Positions 11,102 through 22,047 are shown, numbered from the stretch's first letter. The stretch is DNA of 64,000 bases from Eledone cirrhosa (GCA_964016885.1 OZ024743.1:248620001-248684000), one strand, 5' to 3'. A program made the numbers and translations. Notes: generated by a model from the letters alone, not told the origin.

Positions 11102-14100
11102 ATGCCAAAGATAAAGATAAAGACAAATTCACCTCGTGGACGAGAATGCGAGCACTCCTCATTGTTTCGACCGCGGACGGCTAACATAACCCCATCACCC
11201 CCCGCCCCCTACCGCCCCCAACCCCCAAACGCAATCCAAAACTTCAGAGTTGGTACCATAAATGTAGGCACCCTAAAGGGTCGCGCTAACGAGGTTGTAG
11301 AAATGCTTGAACGTAAGGAGGTCGATGTTTGTTGTATTCAAGAGACCAGGTGGAGGGGTGGGTCTGCTAGATTCATTGAGGGAAAAAAAACGATGTTATA
11401 AGCTTTTCTGGGTGGGAAACGACGATGGGCTGGGTGGAGTAGGAATCATGGTAGCAGAAAAGTGGGCAGATAAGATAATAGACGTAAATAGAGTGAACGA
11501 CAGAATAATTAAAATACGACTTGTCCTCAATAGAACTACGGTGACAGTAATATCTGCGTACGTACCCCAATCCGGACTGCCCGGCACTATAAAAGACAGA
11601 TTCTATGAGACATTGATGCTAACTACCTCCCAAATATCCGACAGTGACTATATAATTATTGCAGGCGACCTAAATGGTCACGTTGGACAACATTGTGACG
11701 GCTACGACGAAATCCATGGAGGCTATGGGTTTGGTACTAGAAATGAGGAAGGCTCCAGAATCCTGGAATTCTGTGATGCAAATAACCTAACTATCTGTAA
11801 CACTAACTTCAAAAAACGTGACAATCACCTGATTACCTATAGATCCGGGGAACACACAAGCCAGGTAGATTATATCCTTACCAGAAGACGTGACAGAGTG
11901 TCTGTTGTAAACACTAAATCCCTCCCCCATGAAGAATGCACCTCCCAACATAGACTGATAATTAGCGACCTCATAGTCAGGACGAGACGTACTCGACAAC
12001 AGAAGAGGACTATCCTCAGGAGAAAAATATGGAAGCTAAAGGACCCCACAGCCAGGAATAAATTTCAAAGCATATTACTTGATGCTTTCGACAGTAAGGA
12101 AGAACTTTTAGAGTCGGAAAATATAGAGGGAGAGTGGGAATTTCTGAAAGCAAACCTGCTGTTGGCGACAGACGAAGTCTGTGGCTGGAGCAGGCCTGTA
12201 GGCAGAAGGAGAGTAACATGGTGGTGGAACAGTAAGGTGGAGGGGTCAATTAAGGCCCAAAAGCAGGCTTGGAAAGTATGGCGTGATGGGGGAAGTAGAG
12301 AAGACTATCAAGTGGCCAGGAGGGAAGCTAGGAGACAAGTGTACTTAGCAAGAAGGGAAGCTGAGGAAAGAAAGTTCAAGCATGTTCTACAACGCGATGA
12401 CCAAAAACGTGAGGTGTTCAGGATTGCTAGGCAATGCGTCAAGGAAAACCGTGATATTGTCGGGGAGAAGTGTGTACTAAACGACGATGGCACACTTGCC
12501 ATCACCGACGCTGATAAGAAGGTAGCTTGGAAGTGTCACTATGAAAGGCTACTAAATGAGGAGAATAAATGGGAGAAAGACAGTCTCCCCCATATCGACC
12601 CAATAGAGGGACCAGCAGTGTTAGTCGAGGGGAGTATGATAAGTAAGGCAATCAAGGATATGAAGACGGGTAAGGCGGCTGGGCCTTCGGAAATAGTTGC
12701 TGAGATGCTGAAGGCATCTGGCACGGTGGGACACACCATGGTCACCCGCATAGTTAACCTAGTCGTACAGAATGGGGTTGTTCTGAAGGACTGGCATAGC
12801 AGCATCATCGTTAACTGTTATAAGGGTAAAGGAGACGCCCTAGATAGGAGTAACTATAGAGGCATTAAATTAATCGACCAGGTCATGAAGGTCACGGAAA
12901 AAGTAATAGCACAACTAATCAGAGAGAGAATTGACCTAGATGAAATGCAGTTCGGGTTTGTGTCAGGCAAAAGTACCACAGACGCTCTTTTCATTGTACG
13001 ACAACTACAGGAGAAGTACCTAGCTAAAGGTAAACCCCTCTACTTAGCTTTTGTCGACTTGGAGAAAGCCTTCGACAGAGTCCCCCGCTCCATTATCTGG
13101 TGGGCTCTTAGAAAACTAGGCGTTGACGAATGGCTTGTGAGAGCTATACAAGCCATGTATAAAGAAACAGTCAGCAAGTTTAGAATTAACAATGAATATA
13201 GTGAAGAGTTTAGCATAAAAGTTGGTGTCCAACAGGGCTCTGTTCTCAGCCCCCTACTATTTATTATTGCCCTTCAGGCTATAACGGAGGAGTTCAAGAC
13301 TGGCTGCCCATGGGAACTCCTATACGCAGACGACCTGACACTCATAGCGGAATCAATGGCCGAGCTAGAGAAGAAATTCCAAACATGGAAGCACGGTCTA
13401 GAATCAAAAGGCCTTAAAATTAACCTGGCTAAGACTAAAGTTCTAGTTTGTAGGAAAGAAAATAAGGCGGCGGTCCCTTCAGGGAAATGGTCGTGCTCGG
13501 TGTGTAGGAAAGGCGTAGGTAGAAACTCCATTTTATGTCCTAAATGCAAAGTATGGGTGCATAAAAGATGTAGTGGGATCACAGGTAAGCTAACTAAGAA
13601 CATAGATTTTACATGTGGCCGGTGCTCTGGTGCAATAAGTAGCAGCAAGTGCCCACAAAATACTAGCTCTTTCAATTGCGCAGAAGGTTCTATAGAAATA
13701 GTGGACAGCTTCCGTTACCTGGGTGATAAAATCAGCAGTGGGGGAGGGTGCTCTGAAAGTACAGTAGCTAGAGTCAGAACTGGTTGGAAAAAGTTCAGAG
13801 AGCTTATACCACTATTAGCCGCTAAAGGGTTCTCCCTAAAAATGAAAGGCAGGTTGTACGATGCCTGCATACGAACAGCAATGCTGCATGGCAGTGAGAC
13901 CTGGGCATTGTGTGCAGAGGATATACGCAGACTAGAGAGGAACGAAGCTTGCATGCTCCGCTGGATGTGTAACAGTAATATACGTGAACGGCAAAGCATA
14001 AACGAACTAAGGAAAAAATTAGAAATAAGAGGGATCAGATGTTGTTTACTCGAGAGAAGGCTACGTTGGTATGGACACGTGATGCGCATGAAAGTCGATA

Positions 14101-14279
14101 GCTGTATAACAAAGTGCAGGGCAATAAAGATAGACGGTAGTCACGGAATAGGCAGACCTAGAAAAACCTGGGACGAGCTGATAAACTCTGACCTCACACA
14201 CTTACACCTCTCCAAGACAATGTCACTGGACCGAGACCTTTGGCGGTACTCAGTAACAGAGAAGACCCGCCTTACCTAA
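11102..14279 (+). CDS. RTE LINE polyprotein: AP endonuclease + RT + PHD-type finger, with a single frameshift at the A8 run 11383-11390
   Basis: ATG 11102 frame gives VGTINVGTL..VCCIQETRW. After the A run the 11307 frame gives GVGI, ISAYVP, AGDLNGH, QVDYIL, SQHRL (APE), then the RT with YADD and the C-terminus EKTRLT*. Confidence 0.93.
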
Positions 14280-15034
14280 ATACATAGTAAAACCTACTAC
14301 AACCAGTAGGCATCTCTAACAAAATACCCCCCCCCCCCCCGTCCCACCACCCCCACCCCATCCACGCCACCCCGTTCTATGTAAAGTTGTGTTGGTGCCA
14401 CACCATCCAGGCCGAAACAAATGAGATCGTGTAGGTGTCACGACAAAAAACACACAGTCCACGCTGTAATGTGGCCGTGTAGGCAACACGGTAAAAACCT
14501 CCCAGTCCCACACTGTAAATGTGGTTGGTGTTAGGAAGGGCATCCAACTGTAGAAAACCTGCCAGACAGTCCTATGCGAGCAAGACAATCACTCTTGCCT
14601 CAAGTGGGACTACCCCCGTCCAAACCCATGCAAGCGTGGAACACGGACGTTAAACATTGATGATGATGATGATGATGAATAGTCACAAGGATAATTTTTT
14701 TGAGAAGTTAAATGCATATTATCCTAAGGTAACTGTGGCCTTTTGTCTTCAATGAAAATAACATTTTCCTTGACATCGTCAAACTTTGAAAGTGTCTGGC
14801 TTGTAAGTCTTCTGGAAAAGTTTAGTGTTGTTGACTTTTATTTTTACTAACTTGAGTTCTTTTAAAGCTTACCATATATATTCGTATATAAGCAGAAATA
14901 TGTGACAAAAAAAAAAAAAAAAAAAAATCAGTGGTAAAATGGGGAGTCGGCTCTTATCCAAGGTCAATATTTTGCCAATTTTCACCAACTTCAAACTTCT
15001 ACATAAATGAGGTGCTAAAATATTTTTGCTTTAG

Positions 15035-15148
15035 ATCATCGTCATCATCGTTTAACGTCTATCTTCCATGCTAGCATGAATTAGACGGGAATTGTCCCAC
15101 TTGAGGCAAGATTGATCGGGTGACCGTGTCTTGCTCATATAGGACTAT
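15035..15148 (-). mobile_element. RTE 3'-terminal fragment
   Basis: Reverse complement matches AGTCCTAT..GAGCAAGAC..CTTGCCTCAAGTGGGAC, the stem-loop and the (GAT)n tail of copy 3. Confidence 0.8.
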
Positions 15149-16217
15149 AGATATTACACCATTTTCACCTTGAAGGAGAATATTACACCAGTTTCACTTT
15201 TGACGTGATATTTGTATTTCTTATTGTTTTTGATATGTTTTGAATGAATATGGCCTTCAAAACAGTCAGAAATTGGTAAAAAATCATTACATAATGGAGT
15301 TGTGAATTAAAACATTTTAAATATGAAAATATTAAAACTTTATGAATATATTCTCCACCTAAGAGAATTTCAAAACCACACCTTCTAAAGATAATGTTTG
15401 ATTAGCTGGCTTATCTTATAAACGGGATTTGGATTTTTGCCTATTTCTCAGGCATAAAATAGGGCGGTATCGAACCACAGACTACACAGCACCTCCTGAT
15501 ATGCCCCCTGCTGGAACACAGCATTGGACTTGGCAGAGTTTAATGTAAAAGGACAGAAATGTGTTCAGCTGTGGCAGAACCACATCTAGCCAAGTTTTGT
15601 GCCAACACTATTGTGGACATGATAAGAAGAAGCTTATATTTGAGTATATACGCTAGTTATTTTTCTTTTTTCACTCCTTCTCTATCTAAATTTTCTGAAT
15701 AAAATGCATTTCAAATCCCCAAACTTCTCCCATCACTTCTGTTCACAGATGCTTAATGCAATCCCCACAATCCCCAATATAACTACAAAACACATTTCTT
15801 CCATTAATTGGGACCTCACAGATATCCTACAATGAGAAATGGACAATCAACTCATATACAACCAACCGCAGCAAAACACAACATATGTACATCCCAAGAA
15901 AATTCACTAATGACAAGACAAGAATTCTATTTTATCAGTATTCAGTTAAAACCAATATATTCCCTGCAGATGTTAACTTTATACTTTCCAATAACTTTTC
16001 ACGATGACTACATATAATTCTCATAGCCAAGTTTATATCACACGAGCTGTGACAATATTTATTTCATCCCTCAACTGTGGCTAACAAAGCTGAAAAAGGT
16101 CTTACATTGAAGTATAGATCACAGATACAATGGCACTCAGTTGCTTGCATTGTAGACTTTTCACAATATAAATGAAATACAATGACTTGATGTGTGTGTA
16201 TGTAAGTTATGTGAGGT

Positions 16218-16419
16218 CATCATCATCATCATCATCATCATTTTACGTCCGCTTTTCCCTGCTTGCAAGGGTGGCACGGGAACTTGTTCTGGCTTGATTT
16301 CTACAGCTGGATGCCCTTCCTAACACCAACCACCTCATTTACAGTGAGTGCTGGGTGCTTTTTTTGCTGTGGCACCTCCATGACCACTTTGCAGTGGAAT
16401 GATATGGACCCCAGTCCCT
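16218..16419 (-). mobile_element. RTE 3'-UTR element nested in a SINE
   Basis: (CAT)n tail at 16218-16240, copy-2-type stem-loop and GGAAGGGCATCCAGCTGTAGAAA core. ATCATC at 16420-16425 on the far side. Confidence 0.8.
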
Positions 16420-16568
16420 ATCATCTCATTTCTACAGCTGAGTAAACTGGAGCAATGTGAAATAAAGTGTCTTGCTCAAGGAAACAACACATCACCCGGT
16501 CTGAGAATTGAACTCACAACCTTTCGATTGCAAGGCCAATGCTCTAACCACTAAGCCATGTGCCTCCA
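16420..16568 (-). mobile_element. tRNA-derived SINE, family A (CORE-like), 5' part
   Basis: Minus strand reads TGGCTTAGTGG (A box)...GAGTTCAATTC (B box)...CCTTGAGCAAGACACTTTATTTCAC. Confidence 0.8.
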
Positions 16569-16849
16569 TAACCTGTTGCATGGTTTGCTTATTTCTGATT
16601 AAACCAGCAATCTCATTAAGCCTGTTTGGTGAGAAATGGGGGTTGTTGGATATCCTGTGAGATGAAACACGAGCATCGTTAAAGGACAGATGTACTTCAG
16701 ATAGTCAATGGCTGTCCAACAATGAGTATATATGCATGTGTGTGTACATATGCTTGTGTGTATATATGTGTATTTACATGTTTATGTTAATGCACACAAC
16801 AAATAAGAATTTTAAAGCCATCATCCCCGCTAAAGCAAGGTTTAGTCTT

Positions 16850-17315
16850 GCAGGTCTCATGATAAACTTCTGAATTTTCTCCTACCGTTTACATATGTGC
16901 TTCACCAACACCCTGGTTTTCATTTCCTCCTCAGCCATGTCCTAGGTCTTCCATTTCTACTTCCTTCCACATTCCCCCCACCCAGTCACTTTCATCCTTC
17001 TTCATCACATGACCAAACTTTCACATTCCATTCATCTTCACAACATTCACCGCTGGTTCCATTCCCATCATCCTCTACAAATCGTTGTTGGTCTTCTCTC
17101 TATCAGCAATATTCCACTCATCCACCAGACCATTTTCATCTCTGTTCTTTCCAGCTTTCTCTGCTGCTCCATGTATATCACCTATGTCTTCTCCCATAAA
17201 TCATAGCAGTTCTCGCACATGTAGTATACACCTTTCCCTTCAATTTCAGGAACATTTCCTTCCTCATTAGCACACCACTCTGTTCCTGGAACTTCTTCCA
17301 TGCACATCTCACTTT
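16850..17315 (-). pseudogene. Old RTE C-terminal relic
   Basis: Minus-strand frames give VRCAWKKFQE, LKLKGKVYTTCARTAMIYG, FGHVMK and GRPRTW. Confidence 0.7.
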
Positions 17316-17489
17316 TGATACTGTTAATGCAGACAATAGAAGGATACTCTTACTGAAGAACTGTCTTTTTGTTTGTTGTTAGTTTAACAGCTTCAAACTT
17401 TTACAGATTGATACACTTGTTGCACAAACATTTATCACTATAAAATTTGATGCATAGGTACTTTTTGCATCCGATTTTTCCTCTTCTAG

Positions 17490-17625
17490 TTCAGATCAGG
17501 ACATGTACTTTTAGGAACGACAAACAGCTGGCGAACCTTTTGTTGCAGGGATCATGGCATCATGCACATCAACAAGCAAAAAAACAATCAAAATGGCCAG
17601 AGACTGCAAGTGCTGCAAGCTTCAG
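17490..17625 (+). other. Candidate exon (coding or lncRNA)
   Basis: Polypyrimidine acceptor tttttcctcttctag and donor CAG|gtaagag. No recognisable protein. Confidence 0.25.
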
Positions 17626-17669
17626 GTAAGAGTATTCTTTTCTTATGTGTATTTACATAAACATCTAAA

Positions 17670-18156
17670 CATAAGATTTGTCTGGAACTACAGATGACTT
17701 TAATCACAAGATCTGTTTAGAGCTACAGATGACTAATGAATAGATCTGTACAGAGCTACAGATAACTAACAACAAGATCTGTACAAAGCTACAGATAACT
17801 AACAACAAGATCTGTACAGAGCTAAAGGTGTGACTCTAATGATGAGATCTATACAGAGTTACAGATGACTATAATGACAAGATCAGTACAAAGCTACATA
17901 TGACTTATGACAAGATCTGTATGGAGCTCAAGATAACTGATGAGAAGATCTGTATGAAGTTACAGATGACGAACCACAAGGTCTATATAGAAATACAGAT
18001 GACTAATTGCAAGATCTGTATGGCGCTACAGATGACTAATTGCAGGATCTGTATGGAGCTACAGATGATGCTAATGATAAGGTCTGTTTGGAATTACAGA
18101 TGACTAGTCACATGATCCCTCTGGAGCTACTAATGAAACTAATCACAAGATCTGTC
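17670..18156 (+). repeat. Degenerate 33-bp minisatellite (about 14 units) with an internal palindrome
   Basis: Consensus ACAAGATCTGTAnnnnnnTACAGATGACTAATn. Confidence 0.85.
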
Positions 18157-18892
18157 ACATTACTGACCTTCATCAAGATAGTAAGGCTATGATTCTGTGT
18201 TTAGAAATTCCAATAAAGAAATTGATGTGACTGACAATATTAAAAAGAAATGCTAAGAGCAGAAAACTGCTTCTTCAATACAATTATTAGATCCTTCAAG
18301 CTATGCTCAAAAAAGGAAATAAGGTTTGGTGTGTTCTCCCTAAATACAGAATAATTAATGGTTTTTAATTTAGATACAAAGTCAGCAATTTGAGAGGAGG
18401 GAAAAGCCAATTAAATCAGCCCCAGTACTTGACTGATACTCTATTTTATTGACCCCCCAAAAAGAATGAGAGGCAAAGTTGACCTAGGTGAGATCCAAAC
18501 TCTGAATCTGTTACTGCAATGCAGTAATGATTCTGTCTCCAAAAGTAAAAAGTTTTCAACATAAAACATGTGAAGTCACAAGTCTTAAAACAGTTTCTTC
18601 AGTTGAAGCCAAATGTAGAGGAATATTACTTTTCTTGATATATGTTAACAATTTCTTTCTGTTGTTTAAATGTGTCATGTTCCATGAAATGAAATTATTT
18701 TCTTACAGACATTAATTTCTTTTCTCACATTGTCATATATCATCTATCTTATTAGGTTGCTCAGGAAAAAGTTATTCTTCAAAGTCTCCATGTCAATTAG
18801 AAATAATCATAAACATCATTGACAACATTCACACCTTTATAATCAACAACAGTAGTAGTAGTAGTAGCGGCAGCAGCAACAGTAACTCTTAC

Positions 18893-19362
18893 ATTTGTGT
18901 TATGCTAAACTTAACACTGTACGCCCTTAATGCTGTAACATCAACTAGATATTATCTGGAGTACTGTCAGATGCTACAGCTTTCTACCAGTCAGAAAATG
19001 CAGTCAGTGGAACTTCCACATTAGCTTTTTATTGAGTACTAGGTGGCTGGTAAGAGCATCAACATTCTCAGAGAAATGTTGGTGAGACTCAACTGGTTGG
19101 TCTATCGAGGAAGACTTTCTGTCTGGGGACTGTAATAACTTCCAAAAATCTCTGATCTAGCAAAACTAGCAGGAAGCATTACAAGTCAAAAGTTCTGTCA
19201 ATTGAGCAAATAAAATTGCCTCATCCTCAGTGTTACCAGCACCAGAAATCGATAATGACTGAGAATCTGAGCATTCTCCACCTCTAGCACAGGACAACAC
19301 AGAGGCTATGAGTAAAAGTATCACCATATCATCATCTTGTAGCAATGGGGTATACATGGTAA
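18893..19362 (-). pseudogene. Candidate decayed exon of an unidentified gene
   Basis: Acceptor ctttttcttaatgtctag and donor gtaagagt on the minus strand. Protein-like frame (GNTEDEAILFAQLTELL; SPDRKSSSIDQPVESHQHFSENVDAL) interrupted by stops. Confidence 0.3.
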
Positions 19363-19614
19363 CTAGACATTAAGAAAAAGTATATAAAAAAGTGAATGAG
19401 CCTAAACAAAAGGCATATAGGTGTCTGGCAGACCCTTACAAAGAGACACCTATCCAACAGAGGGCCTGAACTTTACAGTGATCCTGAAGGAGAACCATAG
19501 CCTACTTACTTTAATGGTGGATCTAAAAGACAGCGAAAAAATACTCAGCTGATTGAGGAGCTATGGACAATTATCATGCAACTCTTGATTATAGATGGTT
19601 TGTAATGACCACAC

Positions 19615-19940
19615 GGCACATGGCTTAATGGTTAGAGCAATGAGCTTGCATCAGGTGTTGCATTGTGTCCTTGAGCAAGACACTTTATTTCACGTTGCTC
19701 CAGTTTACTCAGCTATAGAAATGAATTGTGACGTCACTGGTGCCAAGCTGTATCGGCCTTTGCCCTTCCCCTGGACAACAGTGACGTGGAGAGGGGAGGC
19801 TGCTGGTCTTCCACAAACAACCGGACATGTGCCTCAGAGGGGAATTTTCTAGGTGCAAATCCGTGGTTGAAGAGGTCTTTACCCTTTATGATGACCACAT
19901 AAAGGGTCTGCTGATAACAGCCAGACCACACCCCAGAGTA
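19615..19940 (+). mobile_element. SINE family A
   Basis: TGGCTTAATGGTTAGAGC head and TGTGTCCTTGAGCAAGACACTTTATTTCAC core. Confidence 0.75.
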
Positions 19941-20694
19941 TGTGGGCTCCATCATGATACAGTTAAGGCCAATTTGCTCAGGAGCAATTTTGGAAAACCT
20001 AGGTTGTAGAAGTGATTAGAGTGGATTGTAGATAGAATGGTAGGGGTCCCTGATACTACCTAGGTAGCAGCTAATCAACCAGCATGGGTATGTTGCCTTT
20101 ATTTATATCTATTTGTTCACTAAATTTTTAACTTATCTTAATAAATTGATTATATTACATTTTTTTACCTCATCCCCTGTTTATTATTATTATTGTGTGT
20201 GTGTGTGTTTGTTGGGAATAGCACTAACACAGCCTGTCATCCTTCCAAGGTTAATAAAATAAAGTACCAATCAAGCACTGAAGTTGATTTAATCGACTCC
20301 CCACCAAAAAACTGGTTTTGGGTTTAAATTAGAAACCATTAAAACTATTATTTATTTCTGTCTCTATGGTTCTGAAATTATGCCTCACTTTGATCAGCTT
20401 TACCTTTCTTCCATATGTGGGTGGATAAAAGATGTAGCAATCAAATCAAAGTCGATATTGTTACCTGTATCCCTCTTCACAAAACAGTCTTGTATCTATG
20501 CTAGAAATCATTAGCAATAATACTGTAAAGGTGCTTGATGGCAGAATCAGTAAATTGGTATTTATTAAACATTCTACAAGATTAGTATGTGACCAATTAA
20601 AATAGTTTGTGACAACACCTGTGGTTAAATCAAAAGACTCGTAGACAAGCAGATTTCATGTAATAGATGAGTATACATGTGAAATACCACCACT

Positions 20695-20890
20695 AATAAT
20701 GGTTTCTAATCTAGAGACAAAGCAAGTAGTTTTGTGAGAAAATCAATTATGTCCACCCCAGTACTTGTCTGGTACTTTATTTTATGGCAAAGTTGACCTC
20801 AGTGAGATTTGAACTCAACATAAAGAGCTGGAACAATACCCCAATGGCATTTTATCTGATGCTCTACAAATTCTGCCAATCTACTCCTCT
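20695..20890 (-). mobile_element. tRNA-derived SINE, family B
   Basis: GTACTTTATTTTAT..GGCAAAGTTGACCTC..GATTTGAACTCA motif shared with other family-B copies. Confidence 0.65.
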
Positions 20891-20904
20891 ACTACCACTA
20901 ATAT

Positions 20905-21220
20905 GGATATCAAGTTTCCAGTAAGAGGTATCAACAAGTCCAGAAAGTTTCCTAGATAACAGAGACAAAGACAAAATACTCTAGGACTTCACTATCCAAA
21001 CAGACTACAGCTAAAATATACTGGCTTGAATATTGAAATTGTGTGGTCAACACCATCAAACAGCATCAGGATAATTCCAGTTGTCATCAGAGCTTTGGAT
21101 TCAATACCACTAAAACAGAGGGTATCTTAAGCAAATAGACATGAATCACAAATTACTCTCCTACAAAAGACTGCCCTGTTGAGCACTGCACATATACTCA
21201 GGAAAATACTGGAAACCTAA
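20905..21220 (+). pseudogene. R4/Dong-like (RLE-type) LINE C-terminal relic
   Basis: KIL*DFTIQTD, IIPVVIRALDSIP and LLQKTALLSTAHILRKIL. Confidence 0.7.
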
Positions 21221-21320
21221 CTTATGGTTTGGTATGTATTGCAGGAGCGCTGGCTCTGAGCCTCATTCTCCTCTGTATTCAACACCAGGTTTCTAAAACT
21301 GAAACATGCCAATTATTCAC

Positions 21321-21524
21321 CTTTTTTCTGAGTCCTTATTAAACCAGTCCCTGGCTACACTAGCAAATGATATTTTTTGTATGTCTGTATTATTGCTGTT
21401 GCTGTTATTGATGCCAACATCAACCAATCTACGAACACTGGAGTTATTGATATTGTTAATGTTTGTATGGATAATGTTTATGTTACTGTTTAAAATTCAT
21501 ATAGCAACAACATTTAAGAGGAAA
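21321..21524 (-). pseudogene. Candidate exon (204 nt) with one in-frame TGA
   Basis: Strong acceptor cctttccttttgcag and donor AAG|gtgaat. Frame FLLNVVAI*ILNSNINIIHTNINNINNSSVRRLVDVGINNSNSNNTDIQKISFASVARDWFNKDSEK. Confidence 0.4.
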
Positions 21525-22047
21525 CTGCAAAAGGAAAGGATGTTGGAAATGGTGCAAAGATAGTTGTGAAAACATTTTGCTACCTAGATGTTAAATGGAG
21601 AAGGTGAATCAGACCTAGTGGCAGTATGGCCTTAAAAAGTTTGTAGTTGTATTGTTCCCTTTTTACAAATAGAATTTCTTTTTTGAGAGGGGAGGGAGTT
21701 TTGTTTCCATCTGTATATACTCAAGGCTACTGCTACCATTTCAAGAGTCTCCTTCAACTACCACTACTCAAGATGACATGTTTAGAATTTCTTATATAAT
21801 ATCACGAAAAATTGGAAACATTGAATAAAACCTCCTAGAAATCTTATTCAGTTTTGTAAGGGATAGAAAACACTTGATTGAACAACAAATTCTTGTTTAA
21901 AACAGCTACAGTAATTATAAAAACAAAAAGTATCCACATGAATCATTAATGTAAAATCCAGGAGCAGTAAATAAAAAGAAAAAAACTAACTTCACTGATA
22001 ATTCAAATAATAGTAACAATAATAAATTAATAAAAGAGTATAATTAC

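Larger units (their letters stand above)
10562..14679 (+). mobile_element. RTE LINE copy 3, apparently full-length (about 4.1 kb)
   Basis: Putative 5' UTR, APE-RT ORF, about 400-nt 3' UTR and (GAT)n tail. The 5' boundary is inferred from a GATGATGAA direct repeat ending at 10561 and 14679, so it is less certain than the rest. Confidence 0.9.

Noticed and set aside
11380-11390. Programmed -1 frameshift at G GGA AAA
   Set aside because: Reaching the RT frame needs +1 (or -2), not -1, and the site lies inside the endonuclease domain.
16500-16565. tRNA gene
   Set aside because: A/B boxes run into a SINE body and the cloverleaf is degenerate, so it is a SINE head.
17670-18156. CRISPR array (palindromic repeats near a reverse transcriptase)
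   Set aside because: Inter-palindrome sequences are homologous to each other and too short to be spacers. The RT is a eukaryotic LINE.
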